The notes beneath the pieces were generated by a model. The model saw only the letters and a program-made list of their open reading frames with translations, ran no database searches and was not told where the DNA came from. Shown one piece after another: positions 31,870 through 42,365 of a DNA stretch of 64,000 nucleotides. How positions within the stretch are numbered: position 1 is the first letter of the stretch; each line of letters begins with the position of its first letter. A program made the position numbers and the translations under genes. Source of the DNA: a bacterium (GTDB lineage: Bacteria; Zhuqueibacterota; Zhuqueibacteria; Residuimicrobiales; Krinioviventaceae); assembly GCA_963674595.2 (NCBI GenBank), contig CAXXFV010000005.1, forward strand, positions 1 to 64,000, in the 5' to 3' direction.

Positions 31870-32517
31870 GGCACTGCCCATTGAAAAAACCATTCACCCA
31901 TATTATATTGAATTGTCAACTTTTAAAAAATGAGGTCAATTATGAAAGCAAAGAAAAGAGAACCTGTTGAATATACACTGAATTTAAGCTGTGAAATCAA
32001 CTTTGATTTATTGAGGATTATCGAAGCGGCATGTATTTTTCAGAAAGCTTTTATTTCTTTATTGTTAAAAGACAAGAATTTCACTATCTTCAAATACAAA
32101 GGCTGCTCAGGTGCTTATGTTGATATTCAACAGGCTCTTTGCAGTTCTTTTACGTCACCCTCTGGTTTGCAACGTTTGGCGACTGAACAGACCAGGGGGT
32201 TTTATTTTAATTGACCTGAAAATTCAACTTAACAAGGATCACGAATTTTCAGACGAGAGCAATTTTCCATTATAGTTAAATGCTCTATTGTTTGAATGTC
32301 GTTCTGACAGATCAATTGACTAAATGACCTCTTATTTATTATTGATTTTAAATGTTTTTTTCTTTAAAATAAAAATCAGCATAACCATATAAAAATAAAT
32401 GTGTACGGAGTCTGTTCCCGGTCCGCAGAGGGTCACCAAATTATAGGATTAAAAATTAATATATCCTATCGTACACATTGCACCATAGTTTAATTAATGT
32501 TATTATAAGTAGTTAAC

Positions 32518-32925
32518 ATGACAATGGCAAGCAAAGATTATAATAATCACATTTTTTTTGAAAATCTTTTACATCTATGCAAAGAGAAAAATTGGTCCCC
32601 AAACAGATTGGCAAAAGAAACACATGTGTCAGCTTCTTTTATTTCAAAAATTAAAAATATGGGTGCACATTCATCAAATACCCTTTTATTAAATTTGTAC
32701 AATATTTTTTCAGACGAAACCAAAATATTAAATCCGTTTTGGCTTTTTTATAATGAAGGTCCGCAATATCTCTACTTGAAAAAAGAAAATATTTTAAAAT
32801 CAGATCCTCTTCAAAACGAACCGGATCAAATTGTTCAGACTGTGAAAAAGATCCGAACCCTGCCTAAAGAAAAACAAGATTCCTTATTACAAATTATTAA
32901 TGGATTTATTACATTTAATAAATAA
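32518..32925 (+). CDS. XRE-family HTH repressor (CI-like)
   Basis: WSPNRLAKETHVSASFISKI, LNPFWLFYNEG; divergent from the phage early operon. Confidence 0.75.
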   Translation: MTMASKDYNNHIFFENLLHLCKEKNWSPNRLAKETHVSASFISKIKNMGAHSSNTLLLNLYNIFSDETKILNPFWLFYNEGPQYLYLKKENILKSDPLQNEPDQIVQTVKKIRTLPKEKQDSLLQIINGFITFNK

Positions 32926-33346
32926 TTTGAAATATCCAACCAGTAAAAGAATTTTATAAAAATTTAATTATCTTATTGATTCCGTAAAAATCATGCCGGG
33001 GATAAACTGATAAATTCCTAATCGAATCAAAATACTAAATACATGTTGTATTACACATTCATCCGGATTAGGTTCACTATGGCGAATTCCAAAATTTAAT
33101 CAAATCAAATATTATAATTAGAAAATTACAAGAAATCAGGGGCATAAAGAAAGTGAAGTTTCAATCCACCTGTAACTACATTTGCTTACCCAATAAATAA
33201 ATCGCTACGGTAAATCATTCTGGAGATTTGGGTCTTGTTTTTTATGGACCTGTGGGAGTTAAATTAAGGCTAGATAGAAAATTTCAGGTTAGAGTAATAA
33301 AATCTCAAGATTGCTCCAATAAAAATATAACAAGGCAATATTCGGA

Positions 33347-33482
33347 TACATATTCCAGAGCAAAATTGCCACCAATTCCAGTGAAAACTGCCACCATGAT
33401 AAATTAAAATTGTCAAAATGTTTGGATTGTTCAGTACTAAACTTTCAGCCGAAATCACTGGCAGGCTTTATAAGAACACACA
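33347..33482. mobile_element. IS21-like MITE (copy 1 of 5)
   Basis: tacatattcc...tgccacc x2...tggcagg...agaacacaca; same core at 35287, 39499, 42117 and 42461. Confidence 0.6.
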
Positions 33483-33841
33483 GTAAGATTCAGGCTGATA
33501 GTAAAAATGACCTGAAATGGGGAATTGAGTTAAAAGAAGAACAATACAAGTCAAAGGTTTGAAGCCTTTAATTTAAAATTAATTTGTTAAACAGGGTGAA
33601 AAAACAATAAAATTTTAAAGACAGCTTAATATTATTTGTGTTAATTATGGCTTTTCTCATATTTCCCTTGAATTATTACAAGACCTGGTTTAATTGGCTT
33701 AAATAAAAACAATTGTTCTTATACTTTTACTTTTGTATAATAACAACACAGATTATACAATTATGGCACTATTCATTAAAAAACATTATGCAAAAAAATA
33801 GATATGACGATTTAGATTTGTATACTTGAGAAAACTTTGCT

Positions 33842-34825
33842 ATGAATGAATCAAATATCAGGATATATCAGCTACAAGACGGAAAAACAGAAATTAATGT
33901 AAAGTTGGATAATGAAACTGTTTGGTTGAATTTAAATCAAATGGTTGATTTGTTTGAACGCGACAAATCAGTAATATCCAGACATATAAATAATATATTT
34001 AAAGAGAAGGAATTACTTAAAGATTCAGTTGTTGCAAAAAATGCAACAACTGCTTCAGATGGTAAAACATATCAAGTAGATTATTATAATCTTGACGTAA
34101 TTATTTCTGTTGGTTATCGGATTAAATCCAAACGGGGCACTCAATTTAGAATTTGGGCAAATAACGTTATAAAGGATTATTTAATAAAAGGATATTCATT
34201 AAATGAGAAACGATTATCTCAACAAAATGAACTATTAAAAGAACTCCAGGAATCAGTTAAAATTCTGGGAAATGTATTGAATTACAAAATTTTGACTAAT
34301 GAAGAAAGTATTGGATTACTTGAAATAATTTCAAATTATGCATATGCATTGGATATTTTAGACCAATATGATTATCAAAAACTTGAAATAAAAGATACAT
34401 CCGGAAAAGAAACTTATCAATTAACATATAAGGAAGCAACAGAGCAAATAAAAATTGCAAAAAAAGCACATGGGAATAGTGATTTGTTTGGACATGAAAA
34501 GGATAATTCATTCAAGAGTTCAATATCAACGATTTACCAAACTTTTGAAGGAGAGGATTTATATCCCAGTATTGAGGAGAAAGCAGCTAATTTGTTGTAC
34601 TTTATCACAAAGAATCATTCATTTACCGATGGGAATAAACGGATTGCTGCATTTTTATTCCTATACTTTTTAGAAAGAAACGGAATTTTGCTGGATGAAA
34701 ATGGAAATAAGAGAATAGCAGACAATACACTGGTTGCATTGACACTGATGATCGCTGTGAGCAAACCCGAGGAGAAAGAAACAATGGTAAAAGTGGTAGT
34801 AAATTTGATAAATAAGAATAATTAA
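33842..34825 (+). CDS. RhuM-family/Fic-DOC fusion protein
   Basis: ETVWL, YNLDVIISVGYR, FRIWA (RhuM); HSFTDGNKR (Doc-type Fic motif). Confidence 0.88.
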   Translation: MNESNIRIYQLQDGKTEINVKLDNETVWLNLNQMVDLFERDKSVISRHINNIFKEKELLKDSVVAKNATTASDGKTYQVDYYNLDVIISVGYRIKSKRGTQFRIWANNVIKDYLIKGYSLNEKRLSQQNELLKELQESVKILGNVLNYKILTNEESIGLLEIISNYAYALDILDQYDYQKLEIKDTSGKETYQLTYKEATEQIKIAKKAHGNSDLFGHEKDNSFKSSISTIYQTFEGEDLYPSIEEKAANLLYFITKNHSFTDGNKRIAAFLFLYFLERNGILLDENGNKRIADNTLVALTLMIAVSKPEEKETMVKVVVNLINKNN

Positions 34826-34880
34826 TACGTGGCAAAATGCGGTCATAAAATATTTCGTAGAAAGTGGAGTAATAATTTTT

Positions 34881-35228
34881 TGTCAGGGGATACATCAAAG
34901 TGTACCACCTTTAAACCGGAAAAATAATAGATTCTTCCGTATAAAAACAGGAGGATCTGTAAATGGCGAACAGGTTAAAGATGGTGCAAAAAGTCCTTTT
35001 TTTACAAAACTGGTCTATTCGTAAGATCAATATAGTAAAAGAGATACGCCAAAAAACATTACAACATATTGAGATGAGTGGCAACATCTTCAAAAGGAAG
35101 CGTCTCAATCAGGTAAAAAAGCTTCTGCACTAAAGCCGCCTACAAAAAAAGGCACTTGTCATCTAAGTGTACCACCCAGACGAAAAAGTGCCCACCGATA
35201 AAGTAGCACACTTTCAAGTACCCCTGTC
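34881..35228 (+). mobile_element. Internally deleted IS21-family element with truncated istA
   Basis: Left end tgtcaggggatacatcaaagtgtaccac; GGAGG then MANRLKM..WSIRKI from 34963; right end gtagcacactttcaagtacccctg. Confidence 0.65.
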
Positions 35229-35286
35229 TTGTGCATAATTATTATAAAATTGCAATGAATGGAGATTCCATGAGAAAAATTTTCTG

Positions 35287-35400
35287 TAAACATTCCAGCT
35301 CAAAACTGACACTATGATAAATTAAAATTGTCAAAATGTTTGGATTGCCCAGTACTAAACTTTCAGCCAAAATCAGTGGCAAGTTTTATCAGAATATGCA
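35287..35400. mobile_element. IS21-like MITE (copy 2, shorter)
   Basis: Shared core gataaattaaaattgtcaaaatgtttggattg; ends agaatatgca. Confidence 0.6.
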
Positions 35401-36048
35401 CATTGAACAAAATGTCCCTGAAATGCAACATTTTTTCGCACCATTTCATGATCAGTTATTATATGACAATATCAGCTTAAATTATTTACATGATTTAACA
35501 TATTAAATAGTCTAATGTTATCATTATGTGAAAGTCGTCCTGCCACTGAATATGGATTTTTTTAAATTTGTATTACAGGCATAAATATTGCAAAAACTAT
35601 AAAAAAAGGGGATAAATAATTACGTGGAAAGTATTGACTGCTTTTCTTTATATAACTGATTTGCCGGAGTTGACTCTAACTTGTTAAATCAGTTACAAGC
35701 AATTATCATTTATTCGAGTTCATACCTATCACTGCCGGAACAAGGAGCGGATTGCTTTATTTCTATCCACTATCAGGATTGTTCTTTAATGGCGTGAAAA
35801 GTTGCTTTGTTTATATCGATTATTGAATGGAAACTAAAAAGAAACGGCTTCTGAAACATAAAAAGCATAACGTCTCTGAGAAGAAAATTCCTTCATTCAT
35901 TATTTTGAAATTAATTTTTAGGTTCTAGTTTAATTAGAATGATTTCTTGTTTAAAATCATAAATAGAGCCTCTGAAAAATTGAAAGATATTTAAATAATT
36001 ATGATATCTTTATCGACTAATTTTTTTGAATTAATTTAGAATGTTAAT

Positions 36049-36273
36049 ATGGCTACTATCGAGTTTGATTTAAAAGGCAAAATTTGTCCATTTGTTGTTA
36101 TGCATATCATAAAAAAAATCAGCACAATGGAAATTGGTGATGTTTTTAAATTTCAGGTCTGTGATCCATTGGCAATAAAATCCATACCTGAAGAGCTTGA
36201 AGACTATGTTGATTTAAATGTAGAAATTGAAACTATAAATAGTGGCTGGACAATAATTATTGCCAGATATTAA
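36049..36273 (+). CDS. TusA/SirA-family sulfur carrier
   Basis: FDLKGKICPF motif, DP..IP; 74 aa. Confidence 0.85.
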   Translation: MATIEFDLKGKICPFVVMHIIKKISTMEIGDVFKFQVCDPLAIKSIPEELEDYVDLNVEIETINSGWTIIIARY

Positions 36274-36283
36274 GGAGAGCGAG

Positions 36284-36712
36284 ATGTCATTTATTAATTT
36301 CTTTAAAAAACCAACAGCCATAATAGTATTTTTCGCGTTATTAAATATTATCATGTATATGACTATAAAAAAATTCTGGATTGGAGGTAGCAGTTTTCTT
36401 CCGATGATTGGAAAGTTTGGACCTGATAATAAATTTGTATTTTCACTTTTTGTAAATCTGGGCGTCATTTTCGGTGCTTTTTTAGGAGCCCGGTTTAACG
36501 GTGAGTTTCGCATTCGAATCCCCAATAAAATAAATGTGTTAAAAGCAATCACAGGAGGAATACTTATCGGTATTGGTATAACATTGGCACCTGGGACATG
36601 TACAACAGCTTTTGTAACAGGAATTCCTATGCTTTCTATCTCTTCTTTTCTTTCAGCAGCCGGTATATTTATTGGGGCTTACATTGTTTATAAAATTATG
36701 TGGAAGGAATAA
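36284..36712 (+). CDS. YeeE/YedE-family sulfur-compound transporter, half-size
   Basis: NLGVIFGAFLGA..GEF, GGILIGIG..LAPGTC. Confidence 0.8.
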   Translation: MSFINFFKKPTAIIVFFALLNIIMYMTIKKFWIGGSSFLPMIGKFGPDNKFVFSLFVNLGVIFGAFLGARFNGEFRIRIPNKINVLKAITGGILIGIGITLAPGTCTTAFVTGIPMLSISSFLSAAGIFIGAYIVYKIMWKE

Positions 36713-36714
36713 AA

Positions 36715-37269
36715 ATGTCATTTCCTATTTTAATTCTTGTAGGGTTTATATTCGGTATTGGGTTTGGTTTTATTGTGCAGCGAGCCGGTTTTTGTATAGC
36801 TATCGGTTTGGGTGAAGTTTTTATTGGTAGGGGCAAACGAATAATTAGGTTATTGCTTTTGATTTTTATCATATCAACCATTGGTTTTTCATTATCCCAT
36901 TATATTTCACCTGGTTTGGGAATTAAACCAATCGGCCAAATTCGTGGATATGGTTTTTACAATATTATTTCCGGTATGTTTTTTGGAGCGGGTATATTTA
37001 TAAATGGGGGGTGTATTCTTGGTACATTACGTCAAATCGGCGAAGGTGATTTGACATTTCTCATCGTTCTCTTTTCTTTCATACCGGGGATGGCTTTTGT
37101 TGTATATTTTCTTGACCCGATACTCGCTGAAGGTTATAATATCCAGCAATTGACATTATCACATTTATTTGGAGTGCCGGCTGTTTATATTTCAGTTGTT
37201 TTGGCTTTTGCGGCTTTGTTTTGGTTGTATTCCATCCGTTCACATAAAAAGAAAATTCAAAAGATTTAG
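36715..37269 (+). CDS. YeeE/YedE-family sulfur-compound transporter, half-size
   Basis: GFGFIVQRAGFC, FGAGIFINGGCILGTL..GEG. Confidence 0.85.
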   Translation: MSFPILILVGFIFGIGFGFIVQRAGFCIAIGLGEVFIGRGKRIIRLLLLIFIISTIGFSLSHYISPGLGIKPIGQIRGYGFYNIISGMFFGAGIFINGGCILGTLRQIGEGDLTFLIVLFSFIPGMAFVVYFLDPILAEGYNIQQLTLSHLFGVPAVYISVVLAFAALFWLYSIRSHKKKIQKI

Positions 37270-37294
37270 CTTGTAGATTTATCAGTACCTGAAA

Positions 37295-38902
37295 ATGAGA
37301 TTATCTATCGTGAATTCAGAAAAACCCAAAACAGTTTCAAATATTTTTTCAGACAGACTCCATCTCGATATATTGGAGAAACGAAATGAAGCCTTTCGAT
37401 TATTGTATAATACAGTGATGGAAGTTGAAGGGGCAGATGATAATGATATTTTTCAGATCCTTTGTCGAAATCTCAGCTTAATGGCAAATGCGGAATGGAC
37501 CGCTTTGGCTTCTTTTAATGCTTATTCAAAAACGCTTACACTCGAATCAATTGTGATTAATAAAGAGAAAGATGCATCGTTTATAGAACAAAGACCACGA
37601 ATCGTCAGAAAAATTAATAATGACGCCATTTTCAAATTTAAAGAAAAAACGATTTCCAAATGTCATGAGCATCGTGACTGTCTCATAAAAATATTTTCTG
37701 ACAGTTCCTTAAAGCAACTGTTGAACCAGGATGATAAAGTCTGTTACCGTTTGTCATGTATAAGGGGAGGAGAACTAGTAGCCGTAGGTTTACTCCATCT
37801 AGGAAATGGAGAACGCCTTCAGTTAAAAGACATGGTTGACACATTTCTCGGTTTTTCCGGTGTAATTATTCAACGTGTCAATTCAGTAAAAGCTTTGCAG
37901 CATAGTGAAGAACGTTTTCGTTCTGTTGTGGAAACTGCCAATGATGCTGTCATTGTGGCTGACGAAAATTTTAAAATTGTTTCATGGAATTTTACAGCTA
38001 AATCTATGTTTGGATACAAAGTTAAAGAAGCAATAAATATGTCATTAAAAAAGATCATTCCTAAAACATGCTTTCATGACTATTTAAAATCCTATACTGT
38101 TAACGACAAAGTTTTTAGTGGAAGAACTATCGAAAATATTGGTGTAAAAAAGGATGGAACCCATTTTCCTATTGAACTGTCTTTAACGGAGTGGAATACG
38201 CACGAGAATTATTTTTACACATTTATCATTCGCGATATAACTCTAAGAAAACAAACAGAACTTCAGATTGTCAATTCATTAGAGGAAAAAGAGGTCCTTT
38301 TAAAAGAAATACATCATCGTGTGAAAAACAATTTACAAATTATCTCTAGCCTGTTATATTTACAATCAAAGAATAAAGATCCATATACGGCTTGCCTTTT
38401 ACAGGATAGCCAAACGAGAATAAAATCAATAGCACTAATTCATGAAATGTTATATAAATCGGAAGATTTGGCTAACATAAATTTTTGTAAATATATTCAA
38501 TGCCTTGTCGAAAATATCTTTCACTCATATTCCGACATAGCCAAACGTGTAAAAAAGAATGTAAATATTAAACCAATAAATTTGCGTATAGAAACGGCTA
38601 TTCCCTGTGGATTGATTATTAATGAGCTTGTATCAAATTCTTTAAAATATGCTTTTCCTGATGATCGTTATGGAACTATTAATATTGAGTTTAATAAAAT
38701 CAACGATACTCAGACTTCTAACAAATATAGGCTTGTTATTGCAGATGATGGAGTTGGTTTTCCGGAAAATTTTAATTTAGATGAAATAAATTCATTGGGT
38801 TTGCAGCTTGTAAAAAATCTTACTGACCAAATTGACGGCGCACTTTTGGTTGAAAATAAAAATGGGATCAGACATCAAATTGAATTTAAATTTGAGGGTT
38901 AA
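37295..38902 (+). CDS. PAS-domain sensor histidine kinase (HisKA_2)
   Basis: SEERFRSVVETANDAV PAS; EIHHRVKNNLQ; NELVSNSLKYAF; DDGVG. Confidence 0.92.
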   Translation: MRLSIVNSEKPKTVSNIFSDRLHLDILEKRNEAFRLLYNTVMEVEGADDNDIFQILCRNLSLMANAEWTALASFNAYSKTLTLESIVINKEKDASFIEQRPRIVRKINNDAIFKFKEKTISKCHEHRDCLIKIFSDSSLKQLLNQDDKVCYRLSCIRGGELVAVGLLHLGNGERLQLKDMVDTFLGFSGVIIQRVNSVKALQHSEERFRSVVETANDAVIVADENFKIVSWNFTAKSMFGYKVKEAINMSLKKIIPKTCFHDYLKSYTVNDKVFSGRTIENIGVKKDGTHFPIELSLTEWNTHENYFYTFIIRDITLRKQTELQIVNSLEEKEVLLKEIHHRVKNNLQIISSLLYLQSKNKDPYTACLLQDSQTRIKSIALIHEMLYKSEDLANINFCKYIQCLVENIFHSYSDIAKRVKKNVNIKPINLRIETAIPCGLIINELVSNSLKYAFPDDRYGTINIEFNKINDTQTSNKYRLVIADDGVGFPENFNLDEINSLGLQLVKNLTDQIDGALLVENKNGIRHQIEFKFEG

Positions 38903-39258
38903 TATGATTAATTACATTATTTAAATATTATGATTTAAAGATGACCATCATAAGATAAGAACAGTACCATAAACAAAATATGTCAATTTTAAAACGATAT
39001 TTGATTTTTTTACCTACACTTGACGTTAAATTTTTAAAAAATCCGATATTTTAATAAAAAGCAAAAGAACTCTGCACCATCGGCTCTTGCATTAAGGATT
39101 TAGCTAGGTAAGCAATGAATACTTAAAACAGCCTTACCCTTGTTAAATGTGAAAAACGTAAAATTTTAAAAGCGTTTAGGAACATCAAATACTCTCCTTG
39201 TATCCCGTCAATGTATATCACCAGAACATTTCGGACACTTTTATTTTAAGAAAAAGAT

Positions 39259-39383
39259 TTGCAAAGTACACAGATTTTCTATTATCACATCAAATTAAAG
39301 TCCCTACATCTTTTATATATACAAAAGCCCCACAGTATCGTAGGGCTTGATATATAATTGAATTCTCTTTATTTGATTTCAAC
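39259..39383 (+). repeat. Dispersed promoter-plus-hairpin motif (copy B)
   Basis: ttgcaa...aagccccacagtatcgtagggctt...attgaatt. Confidence 0.55.
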
Positions 39384-39402
39384 AAAATCATTTTCACAAT
39401 AT

Positions 39403-39498
39403 TAAACTTGCTATATTTTAAAGGACATAAAGACAAGCACTTTGTATATTATAAACCAAAGGAGGTGTCCACATGACAAACAGAAGACGACGCTATAC
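39403..39498 (+). mobile_element. IS3-family-like left end with first codons of orfA (copy 2)
   Basis: taaacttgctatatttta...ggaggtgtccacATG, reading MTNRRRRYT from 39473. Confidence 0.6.
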
Positions 39499-39634
39499 TA
39501 CATATTCCTGACCAAAACTGCCAACAATCCGTTTGAATACTGCCACCATGATAAATTAAAATTGTCAAAATGTTTGGATTGTCCAGTACTAAACTTTCAG
39601 TTTGAATAAGTGGCAGGTTTTATCAAAATATAAA
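39499..39634. mobile_element. IS21-like MITE (copy 3)
   Basis: Same core and termini as 33347. Confidence 0.6.
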
Positions 39635-39764
39635 TGTACTTTAGTATTTGATTATAAATAGGTTATCTCTCACAATTCAAAACTATAGCCACATAAGTAG
39701 CATAACTCCACATTTTCCTTAAAGCTTCAATTATTTGACAGACAGTATAATTCTGTTTACCCAT
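39635..39764 (-). pseudogene. Decayed 5' fragment of a phage-type HTH gene (terminase small-subunit-like)
   Basis: Manual translation MGKQNYTVCQIIEALRKMWSYATYVAIVLNCER*PIYNQILKY. Confidence 0.5.
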
Positions 39765-39769
39765 TATGG

Positions 39770-40073
39770 ACCAGTGTCAAAAATGTAAAAAATGTAAAAA
39801 TACCACCCTTTAATCGTTATTCCTTGAAGTGAAAAAGGTGAATCCAGGATCTCCATTTCCGATTATGACCTCTGCTCTCTCCCGATAACAGCGATAAAAG
39901 CCTACCAGTGTATAAAGTGTGTAAAATTAGGAAACTTTCGGTTTTTGATTTATAAAACTTTGATCCTTACATCCATTTCCGATTATTATCTCTGTTCCCT
40001 CGCGATGACAGTTATAAAAGCCTACCAGTGTCAAAAATGTAAAAAATACCATTCTTTAATCGTTATTCCTTGA
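39770..40073. repeat. Mini-array of ~2.5 units of the 42726-46735 repeat
   Basis: accagtgt at 39770, 39904 and 40024 with the same constant block. Confidence 0.9.
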
Positions 40074-40093
40074 ATCTATAATTTCTTTCCCAC

Positions 40094-40222
40094 TTGAAGA
40101 ATACATGGATTTTTTATTACAATACAAATTATGTAAGCCCCAACAGTCGCTATATTAAACAAAAAGCCCAACAGTATTGTAGGGCTTAGTAAACTATTGA
40201 ATTTCATTATTCGGTTTCAACT
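40094..40222 (+). repeat. Dispersed promoter-plus-hairpin motif (copy C)
   Basis: ttgaag-18nt-tacaat...aagcccaacagtattgtagggctt...attgaattt. Confidence 0.55.
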
Positions 40223-40320
40223 GTCGTATTCGGTTCTACCACACCTATTACTTAACCATGGGAAAATTCCTAAGGCGAGTAAAAATTAGAAAAAATGGAA
40301 TACTGTTCGATCCCGAAAAA

Positions 40321-41481
40321 TTAGTAAATCTGTACACTGAATTTACAGTTGAAACCTGGTTTATTTATTATCTTCATTTCACTGTTTAACTGTTTAATTA
40401 GTGATTTGATTATTAACATACCAAATGAATTGCTTGATTCAAAATCAAATCCTTCAGGAAGCCCAACCCCATTATCTTCGTAATGTATGGACAATCGTTT
40501 TAAAGATGTTGATGATATCTTAATTTTGATATAAGGTCGCTCAATCGAATGAAAAGCATATTTGATCGAGTTTGTCGTTAACTCTGCGATAATTAAACCA
40601 ATAGGAAGCATCTGTTCTTGATTGACGATAATATCATTAGCATCAACAATCAAATTAATATCACTTTTAGTAAGATTGGAATCAATATGCCCACACAATT
40701 CAGTTATATAATCTTTAATTGAAATGCTCGATGTATCTTTGGACATATATAGTTTTTCGTGAATAAGGGAGATTGCAGTGATGCGATGTGTAATGTCACC
40801 TAAAATACTCAAAAATTCACTTTCATTGTTTATTTGTTTTGATTGAAGACGAATAGAGCTTATTAATACATTAAAGTGGTTTTTAATTCTATGATGTATC
40901 TCACGTACTATTAAATCAGTATTAGTAAGTTTATCCTTTAATTCTTCATAAAGCGTTAGCTGATTTAAATCTGACTCTATAATGCTTTTAAATTCTTGCA
41001 AAATATCGATATATAATTTTGAATATTCATTTTCTTTGTTATCCAGAACACAAAAAGTGCCAAATATTTCACCGTCATTCCATGTTATTGGAAATCCCAG
41101 ATAGGAAATCATATTTAATTTTATATCAGGATTACTTTTCCAATATTCTGATTCCAGTGCATTTTTTACAAGTAAGTCTCTTCGTTTACCAACAACTGTT
41201 TCACAATACAAGCCCAGCCCCAGCACCTCAGAATCATTTTTATGATATGGGTTCCCTTTTGTATGACTGCTTGCATAAACTTCAATTCGGTCTTTTTTTA
41301 ATTTCATAATGAGTGCTGACGGCACATGTAATAGTTCTGCGATTAAATCAAGTATCTTTTGCCATTTTACTTGTACATCGTCTGGTATCTCTGGTTTGCC
41401 CAAAGATGTGATAGGTACAATTATTCTGGCAGCTTCTTTCTCAACTTTAACTTTAGAATATTGATTTTTATTTACAGACAT
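40321..41481 (-). CDS. GAF-domain sensor histidine kinase (HisKA_2)
   Basis: GLYCETV, SYLGFPI..FGTFCVLD GAF; EIHHRIKNH; ELTTNSIKYAF; DNGVG. Confidence 0.9.
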   Translation of the reverse strand: MSVNKNQYSKVKVEKEAARIIVPITSLGKPEIPDDVQVKWQKILDLIAELLHVPSALIMKLKKDRIEVYASSHTKGNPYHKNDSEVLGLGLYCETVVGKRRDLLVKNALESEYWKSNPDIKLNMISYLGFPITWNDGEIFGTFCVLDNKENEYSKLYIDILQEFKSIIESDLNQLTLYEELKDKLTNTDLIVREIHHRIKNHFNVLISSIRLQSKQINNESEFLSILGDITHRITAISLIHEKLYMSKDTSSISIKDYITELCGHIDSNLTKSDINLIVDANDIIVNQEQMLPIGLIIAELTTNSIKYAFHSIERPYIKIKISSTSLKRLSIHYEDNGVGLPEGFDFESSNSFGMLIIKSLIKQLNSEMKIINKPGFNCKFSVQIY

Positions 41482-42021
41482 GTTGTTTGTACCTCACTAA
41501 AGTAATATTAAATATTAATATTTAAATACATATAAGATGGCGGTTCCGGATATGCAAGGTCACGAAGGTCCCTAAATGCCTGGTATTATCTGTTTCTTAT
41601 CCAAATACGTGTTACTTGAAAATGAACACAGTCGAATTTGTACTTTTCAATTTAGTTTTTATTTGTTTTGCGGTTGGTTATCTATAGGCAATTATTTTGA
41701 AAAAATGATTTTTTTGTGTAACATGTTACAAATTTAGAAATGAATTATAACTCTATCTCACGGGGTAAAATTTAACGCTACATAAAAGGTTTCATTGACC
41801 GTAAGGAGGGATTAAAACCGATAGATCACTTTCTACCAAGTTAGAAGAAATACGTTTGTTGTGAACAGTACAAAAAATTTAAGTCAAAAGCAATCTTTTC
41901 TTCATGTTTGTCTGTAACTAAAGTATTGAAGAAGAAAATTAGATAAGGATACTATGAACTCATATGATCGACCAAATAATGCTAAAATACAATAATTTGG
42001 CTAAGATGCCAAGGTCGGGCC

Positions 42022-42365
42022 TAAACTTGCCATATTTTAGTGGACACAAAGTTAAGCACTTTTTATATTATAAACCAAAGGAAGTGTCCACATGAAAACA
42101 AAAGACGACACTATACTACGTATTCCTGACCAAAATTGCCACCCATTCCAGTGAATACTACCTCCATGATAAATTAAAATTGTCTAAAGGTTTGGATTGT
42201 CCAGTGGTAAACTTTCAGCCGAAATCAGTGGCAGGCATTATCGTGGAATACATAGTCGGATTCAGGTTGATAGTAAAAATGGTCTGAAATGGGAAATTGA
42301 GTTAAAAGAAGAACAATACAAGTCAAGGATTTGAAACCCTTAATTTAAAATTAATTTGTTAAACA
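42022..42365 (+). mobile_element. IS3-like left end (42022-42116), IS21-like MITE copy 4 (42117-42254) and a tail shared with 33483-33593
   Basis: Direct sequence similarity to the other copies; MITE termini tacgtattcc / ggaatacata. Confidence 0.6.

Larger units (their letters stand above)
26856..32925. mobile_element. Defective prophage remnant (immunity plus recombination/replication module only)
   Basis: Repressor, Cro-like, annealase, SSB, RuvC-like order; no integrase or virion genes in the window. Confidence 0.7.

Noticed and set aside
31930-32214. 94-aa ORF in the phage switch region
   Set aside because: No recognisable motif; it may be real but cannot be supported.
33243-33265. tggacctgtgggagttaaa as a tRNA/tmRNA 3'-end att relic
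   Set aside because: Too short, with a degenerate T-arm and no partner copy in the window.
35640-36048. Possible riboswitch upstream of the TusA operon
   Set aside because: No SAM, cobalamin or Moco consensus recognisable by eye; needs an Rfam scan.
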